A stretch of 35,556 nt of DNA, from positions 1 to 35,556 of IMG/VR virus record IMGVR_UViG_3300037296_000054; one strand, written 5' to 3'. Positions 17,415 through 25,910 of this stretch are shown one piece after another. The position numbers and the translations under genes are program-made. How positions within the stretch are numbered: position 1 is the first letter of the stretch; each line of letters starts with the position of its first letter. This stretch comes from a virus (lineage: Duplodnaviria; Caudoviricetes). Below the pieces are notes generated by a model. The model was not told the origin of the DNA and made no database searches. It saw nothing but the letters and a program-made list of their open reading frames with translations.

Positions 17415-19275
17415 CGTCCAGCAGGCGTTTCCAACTTTCTTTGACGCGAACGGCCTAGCGCTTGAAGCTGGCTATATTTACGTCGGGCGTGAGGGGTTTG
17501 ACGCGCAAAGCAACCCGGTCGCCGTGTATTGGGACCGTGACCTAACCATCCATGCAGAGCAGCCCGTTCGCACGTTGGCAGGATATCCGTCACGCGACGG
17601 AAGCCCCGCAATGATATACACTGAGGGCGGCTTTTCGCTGACGGTGCGGAATAAGTTTCTGGAGCTTGTTTATAGCGCCCTGCGGCCAACCCTTGCCGTG
17701 TCAACACCGCAAATTGAGTTTGCAGACCGTTCTGCACTATCCGCTGCACTATCGGACGGCCTGACCCCGATTGACGGATTGCTCTATGTGGCGGACGGAC
17801 TGCAATACGTCGGATCGCCGGGGGCTACGGTCATCGCTGACCTGCCGGGGCTTGTCCCGTTTGGTATCCCCATCTTTGAGCATTTCGGGGCCAAGGGCGA
17901 CGGCGTTACCGATGACAGCGTGGCAATGCAGGCCTGTGTCAACTATGTCGAAAGCATAGGCGGCGGCGTTATCTTTGCGCGGGCCGTGACCTATATCTCT
18001 AACAACGTCACGGTGCCTTCAAAGGTTTACGTCGTAGGCTCGGGCATCAACGCCACCACTTTTAAGGCCTCGGCAAACAACGCAGTCATGCGGCTTGGAA
18101 CGCTGGGCATCCCCTCGAACGGCGGCGGTATCAGCCACGCTGACATTCGCGGCTACTGGAACCAAGTAGAGGGCGAGCGCACAAGCAGCTTCGGAGTTGT
18201 CGTTACGCAATCGAATAAGGGCGCGCTGTCGCACCTTCGCGTCCTGTCCTGCCATGTTGGGATTGTGTTTATCCAATGCAGCAAGGCAACCTGCGACGAG
18301 GTAACGGTGCTTGGCGCTGGCACGGACCAAAACCGGATCGGGTTTTTGCAGCCTGAGCAGACGGTGTTGCTTAACAGAAACGCTGTGATTTTCACGCGAT
18401 GCACGGCGCTTCGCTGTAGCCTTTACGGATTCCGCATCATCACTGGCAGCGGGTCGCAGTATTCGGATTGCGAAGTCGCCGGTTCGCCTGCAAACGACAC
18501 GACGCAGATCGGTTTCTACGTTGGCGATCCTGTCGGGGCAACGCCCGCAACGGTCGAGTTTATGCACTTTGCAAACTGCCTCGCGGACCAATGTTCGTCG
18601 CACAATATCCTGTTCTCTAAAGGTACAGCGACCTTGATGCGGGATATCCAGTGGCAGGGGCTTTGGTCTGGCGGATCGAACAACACCGGCCTGCGCGTTG
18701 TTGATGGTATCGGTATGCAGTTTTCCGGCATCATCTGCCGCGATGCGGTTAGCTGGGGCGTAAATTTCCTGCGCTGCACTGACTGCACAATCACGGGCGG
18801 CGTGATTAAGGAGTGGAATAAGGGCAACCCCGCGACGGGCGGCGCGGCTGGCATCTTGCTTCAAGACTGTTTCCGGTGCGTTGTGACTGGTAACGCCGTT
18901 CGCTCTACATACACCACAGCGCCTGACGTTGTTTCCATCCGTGAGGAAGGCACATCGAACCAGAACGTAATCGTCGGCAACGGCGCGGTGAACGGCGGCA
19001 AGATCACTGGCGCGGATAGCCTATGGAACAACAACGAGGGCATCAAGACGACCGAAAGCGGCACAGCCGAAGTCGCTGGCGGATCTACGTCTATTGTCGT
19101 ATCGCATGGGGCTAACTTCACACCGACGTTCGGTCAGGTCCAGTTGACGCCAAGGGATAACCCCGGCGCTAACTATTGGGTCAGCGCCATTACAGCAACG
19201 ACATTCACGATTAGCATGGCGTCCGCCCCCGGTGGCGCGATCCGGTTTGGCTGGAATGTGAGCCGCAGCCAATGA
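17404..19275 (+). CDS. tailspike 1: P22-like head-binding domain plus beta-helix depolymerase
   Basis: FFDANGLALEAGYIYVG...NPVAVYWD; FGAKGDGVTDDS pectate-lyase-3-type entry motif; beta-helix repeats. Confidence 0.9.
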   Translation: MSNSVQQAFPTFFDANGLALEAGYIYVGREGFDAQSNPVAVYWDRDLTIHAEQPVRTLAGYPSRDGSPAMIYTEGGFSLTVRNKFLELVYSALRPTLAVSTPQIEFADRSALSAALSDGLTPIDGLLYVADGLQYVGSPGATVIADLPGLVPFGIPIFEHFGAKGDGVTDDSVAMQACVNYVESIGGGVIFARAVTYISNNVTVPSKVYVVGSGINATTFKASANNAVMRLGTLGIPSNGGGISHADIRGYWNQVEGERTSSFGVVVTQSNKGALSHLRVLSCHVGIVFIQCSKATCDEVTVLGAGTDQNRIGFLQPEQTVLLNRNAVIFTRCTALRCSLYGFRIITGSGSQYSDCEVAGSPANDTTQIGFYVGDPVGATPATVEFMHFANCLADQCSSHNILFSKGTATLMRDIQWQGLWSGGSNNTGLRVVDGIGMQFSGIICRDAVSWGVNFLRCTDCTITGGVIKEWNKGNPATGGAAGILLQDCFRCVVTGNAVRSTYTTAPDVVSIREEGTSNQNVIVGNGAVNGGKITGADSLWNNNEGIKTTESGTAEVAGGSTSIVVSHGANFTPTFGQVQLTPRDNPGANYWVSAITATTFTISMASAPGGAIRFGWNVSRSQ

Positions 19276-19685
19276 TGCGTCTTGGCCCCCTTGTCCGCGC
19301 GAACATGAACGCGAGTTTGGTTTCGTTTCTAGGCGTTGTCTATGATCTACGCCTAGAAAACCTTGCCGGAATCCAGATCCGCGATGGCGCTGGCGACGTG
19401 GTGCAGGTCCGCGATGACGCGGGTGACGTTATCACGATGCTAGACACGCGGTATTTGCTGGCTGGTTCGCCGGGCGTAGGTTCAACGGCCATCATCACGG
19501 GCCTGCCGACTATGGCCCGCATCCGCGCGGGGTCGCCGCTTGTAATATATTCTGGCGCGTTGCGGGAATATCGTATCATCACAAGAACAGTCGTGGCGTC
19601 AGGCGGTGCCGCTATTGTCCAGATTACAGAGCCGATCACAGTGATCGGCATCGCGTCAATAGGCACACCAGAGGGTTTCGCATGA
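19272..19685 (+). CDS. hypothetical beta-rich protein between the tailspikes (possible adaptor)
   Basis: ATGA-coupled at both ends; duplicated motif QIRDGAGDVV/QVRDDAGDVI. Confidence 0.6.
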   Translation: MMRLGPLVRANMNASLVSFLGVVYDLRLENLAGIQIRDGAGDVVQVRDDAGDVITMLDTRYLLAGSPGVGSTAIITGLPTMARIRAGSPLVIYSGALREYRIITRTVVASGGAAIVQITEPITVIGIASIGTPEGFA

Positions 19686-21463
19686 CCGCAATTACCATTT
19701 TAAACGACGGCGTTAAGTATATCCCGATTGGCGCAGTTGAAGCGCAGGGGCGGCGCTATCTCGCGCGGATTGATGCAATCGCAGCGCTGCCAAACATGCC
19801 GCTTTGGACGACATTCACGGCTGGGCGTCTGTCGTATGTCAAGAACGGCGGATCAGCCATTGCGGATATGCCAGGCTGCGCGCCGCTGGACGAAATCACG
19901 CCTAACCACTTCCAAGACAACGTGACTGAGAACGTGACGGATATGTCGGTGGGCAGTATGGCCGCTATTGCCTACGCATCCACCTTCAAGGCCGGGGCTG
20001 GCTTCGGGTCAGGCAACACAGTGTTGTTTCTGGATCAGCAATACCGTCTGACGCAAAGCCTGCCTGTCCGGCAGTCCGGTGTTAGCATCAAGGGCGTCAA
20101 CCGCAACCGCAGCAAGATCAATTTTGATAACCCGACGGGGGTTCTGTTCGACTTCGCTGCTGCAAACACGCTTTCCGGCACGCAGCTTGCGCGAAACTAC
20201 ATCGAGAACCTGACGCTGGAATGTACCGCAGCAGACCCAACGGGAGCCGTGCTCATCCGAATGACGCGTGGCGCACAGGCTGGCATCAAGCAGATCACTT
20301 TCATCAACCCCTATCGCTGCATTGAATTGCTGGGAACTGGCGAAACCGTAGTCATTGATGATACGACCTCGGCGCACGGTAGCAATAGCACGTCTTATAA
20401 GGCCGGCTCTGCAACGCTATTCCTTGGTCGGGCAGAAGTATCGTCTGGCGGTTATCTGGATACGGTCGACGGAAAGTATTATACCGAGCCGAATAGCGTA
20501 TATGTGAGCAACTCCAACTGGCGTTCAGGTAATAACGGCGTCATGGACAACGTGATCATCGGCTGCGTCGATGGCCTTTACATGAGCAATAATCACATCG
20601 GCTTCGCTAAAAATGCTTGCATGAAGATCAGCGCGCAGCAGGACGTCATATCCGTCAACAACATCAACGTATCGAATACATTCTTCGACCCCAACCCTAC
20701 GTTTGGCACGGCTTACGGCGTCCTCATCGACGGCACGCTGGGGTCAGCCATTGCGACCGTAGGCACTCTGAATTTCACCGGCTGCGATATTGGCGGCGGC
20801 GACATTGCAGGCGTTGCGATCAAGGCTAAGTGCGGGCGCTTTGTTTACAACGGCGGCACTGTGAAAGGGACTGGCGGACCAGCTTTCGACGTGGACCATG
20901 CCGATGCCGAGGACGTGGTTGTCAACGGTGTCAGCATCTATGCGACAAACCGGTCAGCGCCGGGCGGGAACAAGCCAGCCGTGCTTCTGCAACGAGGCAA
21001 GAAAGCGACTGTCGTCAACTGCCCAATTAGTTCGGGCTATCGCGGCGTCCATATCGCAGCGGCGTTCAACCGCGCCCATGTTGCAGGCAATACCTTTGAC
21101 AGCCTGACTAACGGCGTGTCGATCTACCTAGAGGACGCGCACCAAGATAATCACACCTTCAGCGTGAATAACATTGTTGAGAGCATGACCGTCGCATCCA
21201 CGTCTGTCCTGAGCCTGCCGCTTGGCGGCACCGACGTTTTCTACGTGACTGGCACTAACAGCTTCTCGGCTATTCGCACCCAAGCCCCCTCAAGCACAGT
21301 GACGGGCCGTATCGTCACACTGATTTTCGAGGGTATTCTGAACGCGAACAATGGCACGAACGTCCGCACGGCTGGCGGGGTCAACTTCCCGACGTCGGCT
21401 GACATGGTTGTGCAGTTTGTCTATAAGAACGGCAAATGGCGCGAAATGAGCCGCGCCGCGTAA
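19682..21463 (+). CDS. tailspike 2 / beta-helix receptor-binding protein without a head-binding domain
   Basis: Beta-helix-like V/I/N/G repeats; C-terminal GRIVTLIF...WREMSR; N-terminal module resembles tailspike 1. Confidence 0.82.
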   Translation: MTAITILNDGVKYIPIGAVEAQGRRYLARIDAIAALPNMPLWTTFTAGRLSYVKNGGSAIADMPGCAPLDEITPNHFQDNVTENVTDMSVGSMAAIAYASTFKAGAGFGSGNTVLFLDQQYRLTQSLPVRQSGVSIKGVNRNRSKINFDNPTGVLFDFAAANTLSGTQLARNYIENLTLECTAADPTGAVLIRMTRGAQAGIKQITFINPYRCIELLGTGETVVIDDTTSAHGSNSTSYKAGSATLFLGRAEVSSGGYLDTVDGKYYTEPNSVYVSNSNWRSGNNGVMDNVIIGCVDGLYMSNNHIGFAKNACMKISAQQDVISVNNINVSNTFFDPNPTFGTAYGVLIDGTLGSAIATVGTLNFTGCDIGGGDIAGVAIKAKCGRFVYNGGTVKGTGGPAFDVDHADAEDVVVNGVSIYATNRSAPGGNKPAVLLQRGKKATVVNCPISSGYRGVHIAAAFNRAHVAGNTFDSLTNGVSIYLEDAHQDNHTFSVNNIVESMTVASTSVLSLPLGGTDVFYVTGTNSFSAIRTQAPSSTVTGRIVTLIFEGILNANNGTNVRTAGGVNFPTSADMVVQFVYKNGKWREMSRAA

Positions 21464-21494
21464 TTACACCACATAACCCCAAGGAGACGACACC

Positions 21495-21734
21495 ATGACA
21501 GACGAACGCAAGGCAATCGAGGCGGCGCAGGACGCGCTATGCACGCTAAAGCAGGCGATGCGTACCATTCAGGACATCAACACCAAGTCCGGCAACCTTG
21601 AGGCTGCTAACGCGGCCATGGGGCTGCGCGGCGAGTTGATCGTCTGGCACAGCAACGCGACGGCCACGATGCACGCCTATTTCCCAGAGTTTGCGTCTGA
21701 TATCCAGACGCGGGGCGGCGGCGGCGGTCGCTAA
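21495..21734 (+). CDS. small protein ending in TRGGGGGR
   Basis: Strong AAGGAG SD; 79 aa. Confidence 0.75.
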   Translation: MTDERKAIEAAQDALCTLKQAMRTIQDINTKSGNLEAANAAMGLRGELIVWHSNATATMHAYFPEFASDIQTRGGGGGR

Positions 21735-21736
21735 CC

Positions 21737-22189
21737 ATGGACGACTGGCAGTTACTCTATGCCGGTCTGCTAACGCTGGCGACCCTAATGGGTCGTCCGC
21801 ACAAAGCGCTATTGCTGGTGATGTGGGGCAACTTTGTCCTGACGATCCTAGTTAACGGCGACCCTCGCGCTGTGGCCATTGCCGACATCATCTGCGCTTC
21901 GGTTCTAGTCCTGCGCACTCCCCGCGAGGCTATCATCGCGGCTTTGTTCGTTTTGATGATTCCAGTTTACATTCTGTCGCATCACCTATCGTGGCAAATT
22001 GGCGCAACCTATGCGATCGTAGACGCAATCGCATACGCACAACTGTGCGTGGTGGGAAAGGTTGACGGTGGATATTCTGGTCTCAAGCATTATTTTATTC
22101 AACGCAGCCATTCTGGGCGTGATCGTGTGGCTTCGACTTGGGCCAATTCGGGACATCAAGAACCATCTCGCAAGGAAAGCAGCCGATGA
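21737..22189 (+). CDS. multi-pass membrane protein
   Basis: About four hydrophobic segments, then a hydrophilic tail. Confidence 0.7.
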   Translation: MDDWQLLYAGLLTLATLMGRPHKALLLVMWGNFVLTILVNGDPRAVAIADIICASVLVLRTPREAIIAALFVLMIPVYILSHHLSWQIGATYAIVDAIAYAQLCVVGKVDGGYSGLKHYFIQRSHSGRDRVASTWANSGHQEPSRKESSR

Positions 22190-22395
22190 CTGACCCGCAA
22201 CGATTATCAGCAATCGAGGGGCGTCTATCGGCCTTGGAGATGCGCAACGCTGTGGACGAGGTGCATCATACCAATGTCACAACGCGCCTGGGTTCTATTG
22301 AGGACACGCTCAAGTGGCTTGTGCGGCTGATGATCGGCGGGATGCTGTTAGCGTTTGTCGGTTATGCAATGGGGGGCGGCTTGAGTGTTATTTAA
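22186..22395 (+). CDS. XhlA-like / holin-like small membrane protein
   Basis: ATG 22186; coiled coil RLSALE..RLGSIEDTLKWLVRL plus a C-terminal TM segment. Confidence 0.75.
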   Translation: MTDPQRLSAIEGRLSALEMRNAVDEVHHTNVTTRLGSIEDTLKWLVRLMIGGMLLAFVGYAMGGGLSVI

Positions 22396-22846
22396 GCGTC
22401 ACATTAGCTTTCTGATCGGCGGGCTGTTTATGCTGGCCGCGTTTTACCTAACGCCGCTTGCGGGGCGCGTAGAGGGCAAATATTTCCCTGTCGCCAAGGA
22501 TGTGCGGATCACCGCCACAGAACGCACAAGCACGACGTGGACGCGGTTCTGGGGCGGTTTTGATAAGGTGCGCGACTGCGACTTTGTGCGGATTGATTGG
22601 GCGCTACAAATTGGCGGGAATTACGCGGTCGCTGACTTCCGTTTTGATGAGGGGCCAAAGATCAGATACGGCGGCGGCGAGGAGTTCGGGCCGTGGTCAG
22701 TGCAGCTTAACGTCGAGCAGCTACAGCATCGGGGATACGCCGTGGTGTTTCATCGCTGCCATCCGTTCTGGCTGACTGAAACGCTGTTCTATAAGGGGCC
22801 GGTTTCAACGGGTCCGCTGTTTGCGCCGTATGGTGCTTTGAAATAG
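22385..22846 (+). CDS. membrane-anchored hypothetical protein
   Basis: N-terminal TM segment; KVRDC...HRCHPFWLTET Cys pair. Confidence 0.7.
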   Translation: MLFKRHISFLIGGLFMLAAFYLTPLAGRVEGKYFPVAKDVRITATERTSTTWTRFWGGFDKVRDCDFVRIDWALQIGGNYAVADFRFDEGPKIRYGGGEEFGPWSVQLNVEQLQHRGYAVVFHRCHPFWLTETLFYKGPVSTGPLFAPYGALK

Positions 22847-22847
22847 C

Positions 22848-22879
22848 AAAAGCCCGCCATGCGCGAACATGACGGGCTT
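22848..22879 (-). terminator. hairpin with a T-run on the minus strand
   Basis: AAGCCCGCCATG-cgcgaa-CATGACGGGCTT, preceded by an A-run on the + strand. Confidence 0.5.
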
Positions 22880-22888
22880 GGTCGGTGC

Positions 22889-22906
22889 GACATTTTGCAA
22901 AATGTC
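22889..22906. promoter_or_regulatory. perfect 18-bp palindrome upstream of the endolysin
   Basis: GACATTTTGCAAAATGTC. Confidence 0.45.
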
Positions 22907-22986
22907 ATAGCAACACGATCAGATAACGGAGTTACACAGATTCTGAACAAGAGCGAATTTACACCATCCGCCATGAAAGGCAAGCC

Positions 22987-23604
22987 ATGAACACGCAACC
23001 ACTTCTAGACTTCATCGGAAAATATGAATCCAACGGCGATTACAATATCGTCTGGGGCGGAATCAAAAGCGCGGACAAGCCGCCGAAGCTGCTGACCACA
23101 ATGACAGTGGGAGAAGTTCTAGACTGGCAGGACAGCATCGACGCCAAGTATAATTCCGAGGCGTCTGGCAAGTATCAGATCATGGAGGATACGCTGCGGG
23201 AATTGGTGAGCCAAGGCCACGCGCAGAAAACCGAAAAGTTCGACATCAACGCGCAGGATCGGCTGGCCACGGCGCTGCTGAAACGGCGCGGGCTTGATAG
23301 CTACCTGTCTGGCAAGATCACGGCTGAGAAGTTCGCTAACTTCGTCGCGCGGGAATGGGCGTCAATGCCTCTGGTTGATGGGCCGAACAAAGGCAAAAGC
23401 TATTATGAAGGCGACGGGCTGAACACGTCTCACACTCCGGTTGCCGCATACCTTGCTGCAATCAAATCCGTGCGCCTAAGCGATGACACGCCATTTGTGC
23501 GGCCAGATGCCCCGAACAACCCGACAAGCGCACCAGCCGCCACCGTAGGCGCGCTGGCGGCTATATGGGCGGCTGTGGTGGCATTCTTTGCGTTGCGCAA
23601 ATAA
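22987..23604 (+). CDS. endolysin, lambda-lysozyme/GH104-like, with a C-terminal hydrophobic tail
   Basis: LLDFIGKYES.GDYN, ASGKYQI...TL, QDRLA..LL.RRG, EWASMP. Confidence 0.88.
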   Translation: MNTQPLLDFIGKYESNGDYNIVWGGIKSADKPPKLLTTMTVGEVLDWQDSIDAKYNSEASGKYQIMEDTLRELVSQGHAQKTEKFDINAQDRLATALLKRRGLDSYLSGKITAEKFANFVAREWASMPLVDGPNKGKSYYEGDGLNTSHTPVAAYLAAIKSVRLSDDTPFVRPDAPNNPTSAPAATVGALAAIWAAVVAFFALRK

Positions 23605-23607
23605 CTA

Positions 23608-23641
23608 AAGCCCGCGTCAATGATGCTGGCGCGGGGTTTTC
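23608..23641. terminator. probably bidirectional intrinsic terminator
   Basis: AAAG-CCCGCGTCA-loop-TGGCGCGGG-GTTTT between convergent genes. Confidence 0.75.
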
Positions 23642-23655
23642 GTTCGGGCGGTCCT

Positions 23656-23859
23656 TTAAATGGGTTTGAATGTCGGGCAGTCCCCAATCTCGTCAATACG
23701 TGAAATAGGAACATCGGCTGTGCGCAGGTTGACCATGCCCGGATCACCGCGCTGCCACTGTGGGCCGCGTTCGTTTGTCACTGGGTGGCAGCAGTCGAAG
23801 TGGGTGGGGCTTTCGTGGTCTTTGTAGATATTCCAGAAGCAGCTTAGGCAGTTATTCAT
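23656..23859 (-). CDS. small Cys-rich hypothetical protein
   Basis: CLSC...CCHP...CPTF; AAGGT SD. Confidence 0.6.
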   Translation of the reverse strand: MNNCLSCFWNIYKDHESPTHFDCCHPVTNERGPQWQRGDPGMVNLRTADVPISRIDEIGDCPTFKPI

Positions 23860-23895
23860 TTCTGCGGACCTTATGCAATGTTGGGTGGGCGGGGC

Positions 23896-24039
23896 TTATG
23901 CCACTAGCCCTATTTTAAATACTGGACCTAGTTCTACCCAGTTTGCCCGGTTGTGGGCTTTGCGGTGGGCTTCGGTATAGTTCTTCGCCTGCACCGTTTC
24001 TTTGCGTCCGCTGTGCCAGATGATTTCCCATTCCTGCAT
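23896..24039 (-). CDS. small hypothetical protein (47 aa, absent from the ORF track)
   Basis: MQEWEIIWHSGRKETVQAKNYTEAH; GAGGG SD. Confidence 0.5.
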   Translation of the reverse strand: MQEWEIIWHSGRKETVQAKNYTEAHRKAHNRANWVELGPVFKIGLVA

Positions 24040-24060
24040 GTTCTCGGTCCCTCGTAATTC

Positions 24061-24173
24061 ATTCGGTTTCATCTGTATTCGGTTTATGCCCAGTTGATCG
24101 TTTTGTAAAGCACTTGTTCGGTTTTACCGCAACGTGTAATCGGAATAATTCCAGTTGTTCGGCTATTCGGTAT
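24061..24173. repeat. cluster of (A/G)TTCGG(T) direct repeats in a divergent intergenic region
   Basis: ATTCGGTTT 24061 and 24077, GTTCGGTTT 24116, GTTCGGCTA 24157, ATTCGGTAT 24165. Confidence 0.6.
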
Positions 24174-24190
24174 GGTGTACGCCTGACACT

Positions 24191-24643
24191 ATGAAGATAG
24201 CATACCTCTATAAACGGCACGTTCTCGATGCCGATGGTCTCGACGCTGACAAGGTGTTTGCGGACGATGAAACTACTAAGAGAATGGAGCGCGCCGCCAT
24301 GATCGACGGCGGCAGGCTGCGGTCTGGCGATACTCTGTTGCTGCGGGACTTGGCCGATCTGGGCAAGCCGTCAGAAGGTGACAGGCTGCGCCGATTGATT
24401 GAGGGCATGGGCGTCATGGTGCAGGTTATACCGCTGCCCGTGGCCCCCAAGCCGCTGCGTAAGGTCTGGCTATCGCCCACCGACGAACAGCAAGCCGATC
24501 TGTGTCGGCTTTGGTACAGCACCCTGCCGCCCAGCTACGTCCTGCAAAGCGCGGAGCGCATCATGGGGCGCAAGGTATCGCGACCGCAACTAGACAGACT
24601 GTGCGGCCCGCGTGACGGGTCTCGGAAAACAGGAAAGAAATAG
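24191..24643 (+). CDS. degenerate serine-recombinase (resolvase)-like protein
   Basis: MKIAYLYKR, DKVFADD, LRSGDTLLLRDLADLGK and GVMVQVI mirror resolvase motifs, but the catalytic RVS is absent. Confidence 0.65.
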   Translation: MKIAYLYKRHVLDADGLDADKVFADDETTKRMERAAMIDGGRLRSGDTLLLRDLADLGKPSEGDRLRRLIEGMGVMVQVIPLPVAPKPLRKVWLSPTDEQQADLCRLWYSTLPPSYVLQSAERIMGRKVSRPQLDRLCGPRDGSRKTGKK

Positions 24644-24645
24644 AT

Positions 24646-24903
24646 ATGGCCCGCGATGAAATATAGGACGCACTCAAGGATCACGGCACCGAAAAGTTCA
24701 ACGCGGATCGCCAGCGGTTTTTAGAGGAGGCGACAAGCGACGACGACGGCAACTGGACGAAGCACGACACCTATCATTGGTCGCGAACGGTAAGCGGCAA
24801 GCGGCTGGATTACTGGCCTTCGCGCAAGAAATGGCAATACGACGGCAAGGTGAAGCGCGGCCTCAAGTCGATGTATGCGCTAATCAGGCCGAACAAACCG
24901 TAG
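24646..24903 (+). pseudogene. hypothetical gene with an in-frame TAG at codon 7
   Basis: MARDEI*DALKDHG...WTKHDTYHWSRTVSGKRLDYWPSRKKWQYDGK; TAG at 24664-24666; purine-rich SD before ATG 24646. Confidence 0.65.
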
Positions 24904-24915
24904 GGGAGACTGCGC

Positions 24916-25104
24916 ATGGCCGACTTAAACGAAAATCTGCAAATAGCGGCAGAGATAGAAGCTCAAGCGATTGATCGCATGGCTGGCGTCACTTTCCCGC
25001 TTCTGAATGAGCCGCAGGCGTACAAGCGATCCTGCCTTCGTGCTGGATACCGAATGGCAATGGCGATTGCCACGGCTCGTGAAGTAGAGCCGAACAAGCT
25101 TTAA
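24916..25104 (+). CDS. hypothetical protein
   Basis: GGGGAG SD; 62 aa. Confidence 0.55.
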   Translation: MADLNENLQIAAEIEAQAIDRMAGVTFPLLNEPQAYKRSCLRAGYRMAMAIATAREVEPNKL

Positions 25105-25117
25105 AGGAGCAAGCGAC

Positions 25118-25321
25118 ATGAAAGCAGTAATGGTTTTGGCGTATTTGGTGGGCGCAGCGATGTTTGCCGTTGGTAGCGGCGCTGGTTGGCAGCACCAATG
25201 CGGCACCGAAGTGCCCGTTCAGATTTACGGATTGGCGACAATTTGGCCAGCAATGACAGCGTGGGCAGCAGGAAAGAATGGCGATCCGCTTTATAAATGC
25301 CCAGCCCAACAACCCAAGTAG
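25118..25321 (+). CDS. small membrane/exported protein
   Basis: AAGGAG SD; hydrophobic N-terminus. Confidence 0.6.
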   Translation: MKAVMVLAYLVGAAMFAVGSGAGWQHQCGTEVPVQIYGLATIWPAMTAWAAGKNGDPLYKCPAQQPK

Positions 25322-25391
25322 GAGGCACCACCCCGCTAGACCAAAGGCATCGCCCGCGCTACAATGCGGGCGAACCTTGAGAGGATAGGAA

Positions 25392-25589
25392 ATGCGATTA
25401 GTTCCTGAATGGAAGAAACTTTGGCGCGCGTTCTCGGTGCAGGCGATGGCGCTGGCGGCTGCTATCCAAGCGTCATGGGCGATGATTCCCGACGACATGA
25501 AGGCCAGCATCCCGGTTGACTGGGTGTCATATGGCACGATGGCGCTGCTTGTGCTGGGCTTGTTTGGCCGCGTGGTGGACCAGACATGA
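25392..25589 (+). CDS. holin
   Basis: MRLVPEWKKLWRAFSVQ...two TM segments...GRVVDQ; directly upstream of the spanins. Confidence 0.75.
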   Translation: MRLVPEWKKLWRAFSVQAMALAAAIQASWAMIPDDMKASIPVDWVSYGTMALLVLGLFGRVVDQT

Positions 25590-25798
25590 TGGAGGCAATC
25601 GCCGTCCTTGCCGCACTTGGCGTTGCGGTGTTAGCATTCCTCAAGGGGCGGTCGTCTAAGGCCGCTGACGATGCGCAATCCCGCGCGGATACCTTTGAAA
25701 GGGCAAACAATGCGGATACTGGCAACCCTGACGGCAGTGGCGATCTTGAGTTCTTGCAGCGCCGTGGCAAATCAGCCCGCCCTGGTAAGCGTCCTTGA
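25586..25798 (+). CDS. inner-membrane spanin (Rz-like)
   Basis: N-terminal TM segment followed by a short periplasmic helix; overlaps a lipoprotein gene. Confidence 0.7.
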   Translation: MMEAIAVLAALGVAVLAFLKGRSSKAADDAQSRADTFERANNADTGNPDGSGDLEFLQRRGKSARPGKRP

Positions 25799-25910
25799 TC
25801 CGCTAATGACGAACCACGCCGCAGCCCTTGGAGGCGACGACGTGGCGCAGATGCGTAGGACGGGGCGAATACTTATCGCGACGTATGACGCTTCAACCTT
25901 CCGACAATGA
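25710..25910 (+). CDS. outer-membrane spanin lipoprotein (Rz1-like)
   Basis: MRILATLTAVAILSSC lipobox; overlapped-spanin arrangement. Confidence 0.7.
   Translation: MRILATLTAVAILSSCSAVANQPALVSVLDPLMTNHAAALGGDDVAQMRRTGRILIATYDASTFRQ

Noticed and set aside
6005-17749. Many long antisense ORFs over the structural genes (e.g. 6005-7039, 6643-7452, 8401-9099, 13548-14228)
   Set aside because: No motifs; typical shadow ORFs of GC-rich coding DNA, unlike the two nested ORFs in terL, which carry complete HNH motifs.
24040-24190. Possible alphaproteobacterial LexA box (GTTC-N7-GTTC)
   Set aside because: GTTC motifs are present, but none has the 7-bp spacing.
8030-24903. Genome-wide TAG recoding suggested by the amber codon at 24664
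   Set aside because: TAG is the apparent true stop of several genes (scaffold at 8032, 22846, 24643), and the core genes are uninterrupted in code 11.
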